Assembly (NCBI RefSeq): GCF_003790525.1
Contig: NZ_CP033635.1
DNA length: 64,000 nt
Reading direction: 5' to 3' (one strand)
Origin: Escherichia coli
GTDB taxonomy: Bacteria > Pseudomonadota > Gammaproteobacteria > Enterobacterales > Enterobacteriaceae
Part shown: positions 32,593 to 44,137 of the stretch, piece by piece
Position numbering within the stretch: position 1 is the stretch's first letter
Layout of the letters: each line of letters begins with the position of its first letter
Translations under genes and position numbers: made by a program
Notes under the pieces: generated by a model
What the model saw: only the letters and a program-made list of their open reading frames with translations
What the model was told of the DNA's origin: nothing
The model's database searches: none

Positions 32593-34740
32593 ATGAAAAA
32601 AGTCGTCACGGTTTGCCCCTATTGCGCATCAGGTTGCAAAATCAACCTGGTCGTCGATAACGGCAAAATCGTCCGGGCGGAGGCAGCGCAGGGGAAAACC
32701 AACCAGGGTACCCTGTGTCTGAAGGGTTATTATGGCTGGGACTTCATTAACGATACCCAGATCCTGACCCCGCGCCTGAAAACCCCCATGATCCGTCGCC
32801 AGCGTGGCGGCAAACTCGAACCTGTTTCCTGGGATGAGGCACTGAATTACGTTGCCGAGCGCCTGAGCGCCATCAAAGAGAAGTACGGTCCGGATGCCAT
32901 CCAGACGACCGGCTCCTCGCGTGGTACGGGTAACGAAACCAACTATGTAATGCAAAAATTTGCGCGCGCCGTTATTGGTACCAATAACGTTGACTGCTGC
33001 GCTCGTGTCTGACACGGCCCATCGGTTGCAGGTCTGCACCAATCGGTCGGTAATGGCGCAATGAGCAATGCTATTAACGAAATTGATAATACCGATTTAG
33101 TGTTCGTTTTCGGGTATAACCCGGCGGATTCCCACCCAATCGTGGCGAACCACGTAATTAACGCTAAACGTAACGGGGCGAAAATTATCGTCTGCGATCC
33201 GCGCAAAATTGAAACTGCGCGCATTGCTGACATGCACATTGCATTGAAAAACGGCTCGAACATCGCGCTGTTGAATGCGATGGGCCATGTCATTATTGAA
33301 GAAAATCTGTACGACAAAGCGTTCGTCGCTTCCCGTACAGAAGGCTTTGAAGAGTATCGTAAAATCGTTGAAGGCTACACGCCGGAGTCGGTTGAAGATA
33401 TCACCGGCGTCAGCGCCAGTGAGATTCGTCAGGCGGCACGGATGTATGCCCAGGCGAAAAGCGCCGCCATCCTGTGGGGCATGGGTGTAACCCAGTTCTA
33501 CCAGGGCGTGGAAACCGTGCGTTCTCTGACCAGCCTCGCGATGCTGACCGGTAACCTCGGTAAGCCACATGCGGGTGTAAACCCGGTTCGTGGTCAGAAC
33601 AACGTACAGGGTGCCTGCGATATGGGCGCGCTGCCGGATACGTATCCGGGATACCAGTACGTGAAAGATCCGGCTAACCGCGAGAAATTCGCCAAAGCCT
33701 GGGGCGTGGAAAGCCTGCCTGCTCATACCGGTTATCGCATCAGCGAGCTGCCGCACCGCGCAGCGCATGGTGAAGTGCGTGCCGCGTACATTATGGGCGA
33801 AGATCCGCTACAAACTGACGCGGAGCTGTCGGCAGTACGTAAAGCCTTTGAAGATCTGGAACTGGTCATCGTTCAGGACATCTTTATGACCAAAACCGCG
33901 TCGGCGGCGGATGTCATTTTACCGTCAACGTCATGGGGCGAGCATGAAGGCGTGTTTACTGCGGCTGACCGTGGCTTCCAGCGTTTCTTTAAAGCAGTTG
34001 AACCGAAATGGGATTTGAAAACGGACTGGCAAATCATCAGTGAAATCGCCACCCGTATGGGTTATCCGATGCACTACAACAACACCCAGGAGATCTGGGA
34101 TGAGTTGCGTCATCTGTGCCCGGATTTCTACGGTGCGACTTACGAGAAAATGGGCGAACTGGGCTTCATTCAGTGGCCTTGTCGCGATACTTCAGATGCC
34201 GATCAGGGGACTTCTTATCTGTTTAAAGAGAAGTTTGATACTCCGAACGGTCTGGCGCAGTTCTTCACCTGCGACTGGGTAGCGCCAATCGACAAACTCA
34301 CCGACGAGTATCCGATGGTACTGTCAACGGTGCGTGAAGTCGGTCACTACTCTTGCCGTTCGATGACCGGTAACTGTGCGGCACTGGCGGCGCTGGCTGA
34401 TGAACCTGGCTACGCACAAATCAATACCGAAGACGCCAAACGTCTGGGGATTGAAGATGAGGCATTGGTTTGGGTGCACTCGCGTAAAGGCAAAATTATC
34501 ACCCGTGCGCAGGTCAGCGATCGTCCGAACAAAGGGGCGATTTACATGACCTACCAGTGGTGGATTGGTGCCTGTAACGAGCTGGTTACCGAAAACTTAA
34601 GCCCGATTACGAAAACGCCGGAATACAAATACTGCGCCGTGCGCGTCGAGCCGATCGCCGATCAGCGCGCCGCCGAGCAGTATGTGATTGACGAGTACAA
34701 CAAGTTGAAAACTCGCCTGCGCGAAGCGGCACTGGCGTAA
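32593..34740 (+). CDS. fdhF: Formate dehydrogenase H (selenoprotein, molybdopterin enzyme), 715 aa with in-frame UGA at 33010-33012
   Basis: Track ORFs 32593..33012 and 33061..34740 are in the same frame, separated only by a TGA followed by a stem-loop (SECIS); N-terminal Fe-S motif CPYCASGC. Confidence 0.95.
33010..33055 (+). other. UGA selenocysteine codon plus bacterial SECIS stem-loop of fdhF
   Basis: In-frame TGA followed immediately by CACGGCCCATCGGTTGCAGGTCTGCACCAATCGGTCGG hairpin. Confidence 0.8.
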
Positions 34741-34752
34741 TACAGTCCTTTC

Positions 34753-34783
34753 TACAGCCTCCTTTCGGAGGCTGTTTTTTTAT
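34753..34783 (+). terminator. Rho-independent terminator of fdhF
   Basis: CAGCCTCCTTTCGGAGGCTG hairpin followed by TTTTTTT. Confidence 0.7.
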
Positions 34784-34833
34784 CCATTCGAACTCTTTAT
34801 ACTGGTTACTCCCTACCCAATCGTATTATCAAA

Positions 34834-35523
34834 ATGAAAAAAATTATCGCATTGATGTTGTTTTTGACATTCTTTGCCCACGCGAACGACTCCGAGCCTG
34901 GCAGCCAGTATTTAAAGGCAGCAGAGGCTGGGGACCGACGCGCACAATATTTTCTTGCCGACAGCTGGTTTAGCTCCGGCGATTTGAGCAAAGCCGAATA
35001 TTGGGCACAGAAAGCCGCCGACAGCGGTGATGCTGATGCCTGCGCGCTGTTAGCGCAGATCAAAATCACCAATCCGGTCAGTCTGGACTATCCACAAGCA
35101 AAAGTTCTTGCAGAGAAAGCGGCGCAAGCGGGCAGTAAAGAAGGTGAAGTAACGCTGGCGCATATTCTGGTAAATACGCAAGCGGGTAAACCGGATTATC
35201 CAAAGGCGATTTCGCTGTTAGAAAACGCCTCGGAAGATCTGGAGAACGACTCTGCCGTCGATGCCCAAATGCTGCTTGGTTTGATTTACGCCAACGGCGT
35301 GGGCATTAAGGCCGACGATGACAAGGCAACCTGGTATTTCAAACGCAGCTCTGCGATTTCCCGAACCGGTTATTCCGAGTACTGGGCGGGAATGATGTTC
35401 TTAAACGGTGAAGAAGGTTTTATCGAGAAGAACAAACAGAAGGCGCTGCACTGGTTGAATCTGAGCTGTATGGAAGGGTTTGATACCGGGTGTGAAGAGT
35501 TTGAAAAATTAACTAACGGTTAA
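34834..35523 (+). CDS. yjcO: Sel1-repeat protein YjcO, 229 aa
   Basis: ORF track; signal peptide; Sel1/TPR-like repeats. Confidence 0.88.
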   Translation: MKKIIALMLFLTFFAHANDSEPGSQYLKAAEAGDRRAQYFLADSWFSSGDLSKAEYWAQKAADSGDADACALLAQIKITNPVSLDYPQAKVLAEKAAQAGSKEGEVTLAHILVNTQAGKPDYPKAISLLENASEDLENDSAVDAQMLLGLIYANGVGIKADDDKATWYFKRSSAISRTGYSEYWAGMMFLNGEEGFIEKNKQKALHWLNLSCMEGFDTGCEEFEKLTNG

Positions 35524-35680
35524 TGTAGGCCTGATAAGACGCGTTAATCGTCGCATCAGGCGTTGATGTCGGATGCGGCGTAAACGCCTTATCCGACCTA
35601 CAAAATCACGCTAAATCAGGCTATTGCGCTGTCTGACGTAGGCCTGATAAGACGCGGCAAGCGTCGCATCAGGCATCCAC
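35524..35680. repeat. BIME: at least three REP units between yjcO and gltP
   Basis: Alternating AGGCCTGATAAGACGCG...GCATCAGGC and CGGATGCGGCGTAAACGCCTTATCCGACC units. Confidence 0.65.
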
Positions 35681-35714
35681 ACATTGCCGGGTGGATATCC
35701 CCGGCAATCTTCAA

Positions 35715-37028
35715 TTATTGATCCGCAGTTTTATCAAATTTGCCCAGCACTTCGCGCTCATAAGCCAGCGCTTTCTTACGGTCAAATTTGTGTTCCCACT
35801 TGGCAATCACCAGCACCGCCAGCGCATTACCCACCACGTTCAGCGCAGTACGCGCCATATCGAGGATACGGTCAACACCGGCAATAAATGCCAGACCTTC
35901 CAGCGGAATACCTACGCTACCCAGCGTTGCCAGCAGCACCACAAACGACACGCCCGGCACGCCAGCAATCCCTTTCGAGGTCACCATCAGCGTCAGCACC
36001 AGAATGATTTCCTGCCAGATGGACAGGTCAATGCCATACAACTGCGCGATGAAAATAGCGGCAATACTTTGATACAGCGTCGAACCATCAAGGTTAAAAG
36101 AGTAACCGGTCGGCACCACGAAACTGGTGATCGACGCCGGTGCACCGTAGGCTTCCATCTTCTCAATAATTCGCGGCAGCACGCTTTCAGAACTGGCAGT
36201 GGAGTACGCCAGAATCAGCTCATCTTTCAGAATACGAATCAGGATCCAGACGCTTAACCCGCACAGGCGCGCCACAATTCCCAGCACTACCAGCGCGAAG
36301 AACAGAATGGCGAAATGCACCAGCAGCACCAGTTTCGCCAGTGGCCACAGAGAAGAGAAACCAAAGTTAGCCACCGTCACCGCAATCAGCGCAAACACAC
36401 CCACCGGTGCATAACGCATCACCATGTGAGTCACTTTAAACATGGTTTCAGAGATGGAGCGGAACACGGTCACCAGCGGTTCACGATGCGTCGCGGGCAG
36501 GGATGAAAGCCCCAGACCAAACAGCACCGAGAAGAAGATGATCGGCAGCATTTCGCCTTTCGCCATCGACGCCACAATGTTCGTCGGCACCAGCGACAAA
36601 ATCGTGCCCATAATGCCGTGGGAACTGCTTTGTACCGCTTCCGTAGTGCTCTGATATTTCGAGATATCGACGGTCGCCAGCTGCGACATATCCACCCCGG
36701 CACCGGGCTGGAAGACGTTCGCCAGAGTAATCCCCAAAATGATGGCGACGGTGGTGATCACCTCGAAGTAAATAATGGTTTTCGCGCCAATACGCCCGAG
36801 CTGTTTGGCATCACCAACACCCGCGATACCCACCACCAGCGTGGAGATCACAATCGGCACAACAATCATTTTGATCAGATGGATGAAGATATCACCCGCC
36901 GGAGAGAGCAAATTGACGACCAGCCAGTCGCGACTGTCGCTATGGTAGTGCAGGTAGCTTCCCAGGAGAATGCCCAGCACCATAGCAAACAGAATCTGCC
37001 AGGCCAGGCTGAATTTTATATTTTTCAT
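35715..37028 (-). CDS. gltP: Proton:glutamate/aspartate symporter GltP, 437 aa
   Basis: ORF track; dicarboxylate/amino acid:cation symporter family. Confidence 0.95.
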   Translation of the reverse strand: MKNIKFSLAWQILFAMVLGILLGSYLHYHSDSRDWLVVNLLSPAGDIFIHLIKMIVVPIVISTLVVGIAGVGDAKQLGRIGAKTIIYFEVITTVAIILGITLANVFQPGAGVDMSQLATVDISKYQSTTEAVQSSSHGIMGTILSLVPTNIVASMAKGEMLPIIFFSVLFGLGLSSLPATHREPLVTVFRSISETMFKVTHMVMRYAPVGVFALIAVTVANFGFSSLWPLAKLVLLVHFAILFFALVVLGIVARLCGLSVWILIRILKDELILAYSTASSESVLPRIIEKMEAYGAPASITSFVVPTGYSFNLDGSTLYQSIAAIFIAQLYGIDLSIWQEIILVLTLMVTSKGIAGVPGVSFVVLLATLGSVGIPLEGLAFIAGVDRILDMARTALNVVGNALAVLVIAKWEHKFDRKKALAYEREVLGKFDKTADQ

Positions 37029-37369
37029 CAGAATAACTTCCTCAATGGAGCGCCGTTCCCCGTTCAGAAACGCGAGAACGTGACATACTGCCAGGGCATG
37101 AATTGTGTTGCGTTGGTTTGTAGATTTTTTTAACGCTTATGATCAGTATCATTTGCGCGGTATGTTGCGCAACCCTTTAACAACAGAGCTTTTCGCTGCA
37201 TTAATGCATAATAACGCGAGTTTATGGCAGGATTAATGAATAACCATTTGTTATAGAAAGATTTTTATTTGTTTAATTTGCAATAATACTGATTAGTGAT
37301 TATTTTGGGCATATGTTCATTCGATTATTTTTTATGCAGCTCAATAACATAATCTTCATCACCAGATGA

Positions 37370-37966
37370 TTAATCTGATCTCCGCTGCAACAGTTTCGCC
37401 AAATTAATCGACTCGACCAGCTGTGTCCGGTTGATCCGGGGTGAGTTGAGATCCATCACTTTTTGCCATAGTTCGATGGCTTGCGCGTAATTCGCCTGCA
37501 TAAACGCATCGGAAGCCAGCAGCATCAGAGCGGTGATTTCGTTAGAGTCCAGCGCGAGGGCTTTGTCGATCATTGCGCGAGTCTGGGCGGTCATATGCTG
37601 GCTGGCCTGGTAATAAAGCACCGTCGCCAGCGCCGCATACAGTTCAGCGTTCTCACCACGTAGTTGCAACGCCTGACGGTACGCCAGCAGCGAATTGCTG
37701 TAATCGTTTTGCCACAGATAATACTCGCCCAGTAACGCCCATTGTTCGCTGTTTTGTGGATTAGCGCGGATTTTATCCTGCAATGCCTGAAGCTGCGCTT
37801 CCGGGGTTTGCTGGCTGGCAAACTGATGTAGCGGATCGCGCTGACGTTGATACTCCGCACGTACCGCCTGCCATTTTGGGCTTAACAGATAACTGCCGAT
37901 ACAGAGAAATACCATCAAAATCGTGAGTGTTGTCAGCATTTTCACCGGTATTTGAGGCTGTTTCAT
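37370..37966 (-). CDS. nrfG: Nrf heme lyase TPR subunit NrfG, 198 aa
   Basis: ORF track 37370..38032 trimmed to [13 protein letters not shown] start; TPR repeats. Confidence 0.9.
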   Translation of the reverse strand: MKQPQIPVKMLTTLTILMVFLCIGSYLLSPKWQAVRAEYQRQRDPLHQFASQQTPEAQLQALQDKIRANPQNSEQWALLGEYYLWQNDYSNSLLAYRQALQLRGENAELYAALATVLYYQASQHMTAQTRAMIDKALALDSNEITALMLLASDAFMQANYAQAIELWQKVMDLNSPRINRTQLVESINLAKLLQRRSD

Positions 37967-38346
37967 CGCTTCGCCCTCACTCGCCAGAGGATCAGTGCCA
38001 TCAGCAGTAACAACACCACTGGCAGAGCCCACAATACCAGCGTCTGACCCGTTAACGGTGGGTTATAGCGAACAAAATCTCCGTAGCGTTCGGTCATCCA
38101 GCCAATGATTTCGACTTCACTTTTCCCCTCTTCCACCATGCTGTAAACCTGATGGCGCATACTGACCGCCACCGGCGCATTGGATTCCAGTAAGTTCTGA
38201 TTCTGACACTGCGGACAACGTAACTGGCTGGCAATATTTAACGCCTGTTGCTGTTGTTGCGGATTGGCGAATTGCCAGGTGTCTACGACCTGAGCACGCG
38301 CAAAACAGGTAAATAACAGCAGTAGCGTGAGAAGTCCTTTATTCAT
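37963..38346 (-). CDS. nrfF: Nrf heme lyase subunit NrfF (CcmH-like), 127 aa
   Basis: ORF track; CcmH-like LRCPQCQNQ motif. Confidence 0.92.
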   Translation of the reverse strand: MNKGLLTLLLLFTCFARAQVVDTWQFANPQQQQQALNIASQLRCPQCQNQNLLESNAPVAVSMRHQVYSMVEEGKSEVEIIGWMTERYGDFVRYNPPLTGQTLVLWALPVVLLLLMALILWRVRAKR

Positions 38347-38391
38347 CGCGCTTCCTCCCCCGCCATCCGCTTAACAATGCGCCCGCAATCA

Positions 38392-39996
38392 TCAACAATC
38401 CTCCCCCCAGATCCAGCGCACACCGCTTTGTACATACAAACGAAAAGCGTAACGATCCGGCCCAGTTTTCTCCCCCATGACCGCATACCAGTCATGGATG
38501 CCGTTCCAGCGAATTGACGGTTCCATCATTTGCTGACGGCGTGCTTCATAAAAACGCCGCTCCGGCGTCAGTTCACCAATACGTTGCTGATGGTCAAACA
38601 GTGCCACTATCGCTTTTTCGCTGGTGTAATTGCCTCTGGCTTGCAGATCGAGACGCTCAAAACGGAAGGCGTATCCTGCCAGCGTCACCTGCTGACCCGG
38701 CTGTAAATTCAGGCTGATCTCCTGACGGCTGACGCTGGAGACCACGATCCCTGCGGCAAATAACAGCACGCCCGCATGCGCCAGCAGCGCCGGAAGCTGC
38801 ACGCGTTTGCCAGAGACAAACGTCGCCAGCACAATCACCACCAGCATCAACAGACCAAACGGTAACGTCGCACGGTTAAAATACGGCGCGCCAACGGAGA
38901 GGCGTCCCCAGCCCAGCAGGCCGTAAATCATCGGATAAAGCGTTCCCACCAGCACGATCAGTAGCACTGCGCAAAACAGCAACAGCGTAGCGAGGATTAA
39001 CATTTCCCGCGATAACCCCGAAAAACGCACCGCCGGGCCACCGTCCCGCGCTCGCCAGCCATACAGAGTCAGAGACGCAAGGCTAATCAGTGCAAACAGG
39101 CTGAACAACGGCACGGCGCGAACGTTATCCAGCGCGAACGCATGAACCGAAACCAGAATGCCAGAACGGACAATTAAGGTGCCCAGCAGCGACAGCATCA
39201 GAGTAACTATCGCCAGTAACAGCGACCAGTGGCGGAAAATCCCCCGCTGGCGTGTCAGGGACAAACTGTGCAGCAGCGCAGTGGCAGAAAGCCAGGGTAA
39301 TAAAGAGGCGTTTTCCACCGGATCCCAGAACCACCAGCCGCCCCAGCCCAGTTCGCAATAGGCCCACCAGGAACCGAGGATGATCCCCGCCGTTAATGCC
39401 CCCCAGCCTGGTAGTGCCCAGCGCCAGCAAATTCGGGCGCAGGTACCATCAAACTCGCCGCGCAGTAAACTCGCCAGCGCCACGCTCGCCGCCACCATCA
39501 AACCGCCGTAGCCGAGATAAAGCAGCGGTGGATGAAAGATAAGACCGGGATGTTGCAGCATCGGATTGAGATCGCGGCCTTCGATTGCTGGCGGAAATAT
39601 CCGCACGAAGGGATCGGACCACAGCACTACAAACAGTAGCAGTGCGGCGAGCATGAGAGATAAAACGGCTAGCGTCAGCGGAAATAGCGGATCGGTTTGC
39701 TGCCGATAATGCCAGGCAAACAGCGCGCTCCAGGCGGAAAGCAGCAGCACCCAAAGCAGCAGCGAACCTTCATGACCGCCCCACACCGCCGCCAGTTTGA
39801 GTTCCCACGACAGCAGGCTGTAGCTATGTTGGGCGACATAAATGACCGAGAAATCGCTGATGAGAAAACAATACGTCAGTACGCCAAAGGCGAGCAGCAG
39901 GAGCGCGAACTGCGCCAGAATGCCGATGCAAGTGAGTCGCATCATGGCAGGCCAGCGCAACCGCACTCCCGCAAAGGCCGTCAACGGGGTCAACAC
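38392..39996 (-). CDS. nrfE: Nrf heme lyase NrfE (CcmF-like), apparently C-terminally truncated by a frameshift; possible pseudogene or sequence error
   Basis: Track ORF 38392..40020 (TTG-called start) trimmed to in-frame GTG; WGGHEGSLLLW CcmF-type motif; ORF ends ...VRWIWGEDC while the expected hydrophobic C-terminus is encoded downstream in another frame. Confidence 0.75.
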   Translation of the reverse strand: MLTPLTAFAGVRLRWPAMMRLTCIGILAQFALLLLAFGVLTYCFLISDFSVIYVAQHSYSLLSWELKLAAVWGGHEGSLLLWVLLLSAWSALFAWHYRQQTDPLFPLTLAVLSLMLAALLLFVVLWSDPFVRIFPPAIEGRDLNPMLQHPGLIFHPPLLYLGYGGLMVAASVALASLLRGEFDGTCARICWRWALPGWGALTAGIILGSWWAYCELGWGGWWFWDPVENASLLPWLSATALLHSLSLTRQRGIFRHWSLLLAIVTLMLSLLGTLIVRSGILVSVHAFALDNVRAVPLFSLFALISLASLTLYGWRARDGGPAVRFSGLSREMLILATLLLFCAVLLIVLVGTLYPMIYGLLGWGRLSVGAPYFNRATLPFGLLMLVVIVLATFVSGKRVQLPALLAHAGVLLFAAGIVVSSVSRQEISLNLQPGQQVTLAGYAFRFERLDLQARGNYTSEKAIVALFDHQQRIGELTPERRFYEARRQQMMEPSIRWNGIHDWYAVMGEKTGPDRYAFRLYVQSGVRWIWGEDC

Positions 39997-40075
39997 GTTG
40001 ACCCCGAGACTTAACAACAACGCCAGAAAACCGACTTCAGGAAGGAATACGTCCAGAAACCACCTCTGTTCTGGC

Positions 40076-41032
40076 TTACGCCACCGTTAACTGCCCGGCG
40101 TAGAGAATGAAAAAGCGCAGCATCAACACGCCGACCAGGCTGGCCCCACACGCCGCCAGCACGGCAGGAATGCCGGAACTACGATTCACCCACGGTTTGA
40201 GCAACATTGGCACAATCAACCCCAGCCCGGCGACACCAAGCCAGAACCACCACGTCCAGAAACCGCCGCCCAATGCCGCCACCAGCGCACGCACTTTACC
40301 GTCATCGCCCAGCGCCAGACCGACAAAAAACGCCACCAGCAGGAAGATTTCGCCCCATACCACAGGGATCTCCATACGGTGTACAAAGTGCGCTTCCGTG
40401 GAATGCGGGTTACTGCGTTGGCGTATCGCCATGGCGATCAGCGCCACCGCCGCACCGGACGAGATGCCGGAGAAGAGGAACAGCACCGGCAGGATCGGGT
40501 TATTGAGGAACGGATACGATTTCAGCGCCGATAGCAGAAAGCCGGTATAAGCCCCCAGCAGCACCGCCAGCACCAGCATCAATGTTTCCAGTCCGCGATG
40601 AACGGGCGTCAGCAGGCTCAGAACCTTTTGCACGATCCCCAGCTTCGGCAACCAGCGTTGTTGCAGGGCAAGCAAATCATGTTCAAAGATTTTCGCCAGC
40701 CACAGCACCAGCACCACCATGTAAAGCTGAAACAGCATCACCCCCATCGACATCACCGAGGTAAAACTGTAGTGGAACATCAGCTTCCAGAAGGTCCACG
40801 GTCTTGTCAGGTGGAAGACGAGGATCAACAGACCGAGGATCACCGCGCCAGGTCCGACAATCAGCGTGGTGCGCAGCAACGTACTGTCTGCACCGCCCGC
40901 CTGCGGGTAGAAGCGACGTAACAGCACGGCCAGCGTCACCAGACCGGCAGAAATACCAATCAAAAACAGGTAGATGGCAATCGGCCAGTCCCACACCAGT
41001 GATTCAAAATGAAATGCGGAAGTCTGCGTCAT
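40076..41032 (-). CDS. nrfD: Nitrite reductase membrane quinol dehydrogenase subunit NrfD, 318 aa
   Basis: ORF track; NrfD/PsrC-type integral membrane protein. Confidence 0.93.
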   Translation of the reverse strand: MTQTSAFHFESLVWDWPIAIYLFLIGISAGLVTLAVLLRRFYPQAGGADSTLLRTTLIVGPGAVILGLLILVFHLTRPWTFWKLMFHYSFTSVMSMGVMLFQLYMVVLVLWLAKIFEHDLLALQQRWLPKLGIVQKVLSLLTPVHRGLETLMLVLAVLLGAYTGFLLSALKSYPFLNNPILPVLFLFSGISSGAAVALIAMAIRQRSNPHSTEAHFVHRMEIPVVWGEIFLLVAFFVGLALGDDGKVRALVAALGGGFWTWWFWLGVAGLGLIVPMLLKPWVNRSSGIPAVLAACGASLVGVLMLRFFILYAGQLTVA

Positions 41033-41700
41033 TGGCTCACCTCCCCGTATTTAAACGGTACGCGGTACAGCTTCGGTTTGGTTCCCAGCGCCAGCTTGTA
41101 GCGGTAAGTAGGCTTCTGGTGCAGCAGTTGCGAAATCTCACTGTTAGGATCGTCCAGATTGCCAAACGTCAGCGCCTTCGTCGGGCAAGCCTCAACGCAC
41201 GCGGGCAGCTTACCGGCCTGCAAATTGGTCTTACGGCAGAAATCGCATTTGTCCGCTGTCTTCGTGACCGGATGGATAAAGCGCACGCGGTACGGACAGG
41301 CGGCGATGCAGTACTGACAACCGACGCAGAGATCCGGATTTACATCGACAATCCCGCTGGCGGCATCGCGAAAAGACGCACCGGTCGGGCAGACGTCAAC
41401 GCACGGCGCACGATCGCAGTGCTGGCAAGACTTACGGAAGAAGCGATATTTCACATCAGGAAATTCGCCCTGCGGCTCGCTACGAATAATCGTCAGGCGC
41501 GAGACGCCTTCCGGCACCTTGTTCACTTTCCGACAAGCATCCATACAGGCGGTACAGCCGATGCATAACGACTCGTCATGCACCATGCCGTAACGCACAC
41601 CATTGATATTCAACGTTTTCGCCACCACGCGCCCTGCGGTGCCGCTGACGGCGGCCAGCACACCGACGCCGGTGAGAAACTGGCGACGTGACCAGGTCAT
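41029..41700 (-). CDS. nrfC: Nitrite reductase Fe-S subunit NrfC, 223 aa
   Basis: ORF track; Tat-type N-terminus (RRQFLTG); multiple 4Fe-4S Cys motifs. Confidence 0.93.
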   Translation of the reverse strand: MTWSRRQFLTGVGVLAAVSGTAGRVVAKTLNINGVRYGMVHDESLCIGCTACMDACRKVNKVPEGVSRLTIIRSEPQGEFPDVKYRFFRKSCQHCDRAPCVDVCPTGASFRDAASGIVDVNPDLCVGCQYCIAACPYRVRFIHPVTKTADKCDFCRKTNLQAGKLPACVEACPTKALTFGNLDDPNSEISQLLHQKPTYRYKLALGTKPKLYRVPFKYGEVSQ

Positions 41701-42263
41701 GGCTGCTCCTTAAGCAACGGAACAGACGCTGGGTTAAAGTTCGGATTGGTGCGCTGATCGCTGTGGCAATCGACGCAAATCTTAATCCGTCCTTTGTCAC
41801 TTAACGTCTGCATCGTATCTTGCTGTGGATGCAGGGAATGGCAACTGGCGCACGCCACTTTGGTTACGTGGACATCGTGCGGCCAGAACGCTTTTTGCAA
41901 CTGTTCCGGCAGATGGCAGGACATACAGACGCTGTTCTGCTCTCCAACCTTGTACATCGGCTCGTTAAAGCGCATCACATCTTTCACCCCTTCGCGGTGT
42001 TGCGGTGATGGCTGGCCGTGACAGTTGGTGCAGGTGACCGGCAGTTTGTTATTCGGGTTGATAACGGAAGCATGTTTGCCATGCATACCTTCGGTATCTG
42101 GTTTATGACAGTCCAGACAGGCGGCATCCGGGTTACGCTGCTGGGTAACTTCATAGCGATCACCAGATGCCTGCGCCGCAGGGGTAGCGGTAATTCCGTT
42201 CAGGCTCCACAACAGGCCCGACGCCAGCACCCCGGCAGTTAATAACGAACGTAATACGCTCAT
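41697..42263 (-). CDS. nrfB: Pentaheme cytochrome c NrfB, 188 aa
   Basis: ORF track 41697..42269 trimmed to MSVLRSLL start; five CxxCH motifs. Confidence 0.93.
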   Translation of the reverse strand: MSVLRSLLTAGVLASGLLWSLNGITATPAAQASGDRYEVTQQRNPDAACLDCHKPDTEGMHGKHASVINPNNKLPVTCTNCHGQPSPQHREGVKDVMRFNEPMYKVGEQNSVCMSCHLPEQLQKAFWPHDVHVTKVACASCHSLHPQQDTMQTLSDKGRIKICVDCHSDQRTNPNFNPASVPLLKEQP

Positions 42264-42308
42264 ATTCACTCCATTGTGTTTTCCGCCCCTTGCGAGGCGG
42301 AACGGGGG

Positions 42309-43787
<1,479 letters not shown>

Positions 43788-43870
43788 TTATTGTTTTTCA
43801 CGACAGTAACCGCACCTACACTGTCATGACATTGCTCGCCCCTATGTGTAACAAATAACCACACTGTGAA

Positions 43871-43888
43871 TGTTGTCTTTAATCAATT
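43871..43888 (-). promoter_or_regulatory. Candidate FNR site in the nrfA promoter
   Basis: Minus-strand TTGATTAAAGACAA (one good TTGAT half-site) about 130 bp upstream of nrfA ATG. Confidence 0.3.
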
Positions 43889-44137
43889 GTAAGTGCATGT
43901 AAAATACCACTTTAGAGTTAGTCAGTATCTTCCTCTTTTTCAACAGCATGCATAACTGCATGTTCCTCAAAGAATTAATCAACTTTTGTTGCTGACCTTC
44001 AAAAATTACCCTGCCGTTTATTTGCACAATTCTACTTTTGCGTGATCTGTCGCCCAAATACTAAACAAAACTGCCAATACCCCTACATTTAACGCTTATG
44101 CCACATATTATTAACATCCTACAAGGAGAACAAAAGC

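Noticed and set aside
32593-34740. fdhF as a disrupted gene or pseudogene (two track ORFs)
   Set aside because: The only interruption is a single in-frame TGA followed by a SECIS hairpin, the known selenocysteine codon.
35524-35680. REP/BIME clusters as possible CRISPR arrays
   Set aside because: Units are imperfect palindromes in alternating orientation without unique spacers of constant length; no cas genes or leader; they match E. coli REP elements.
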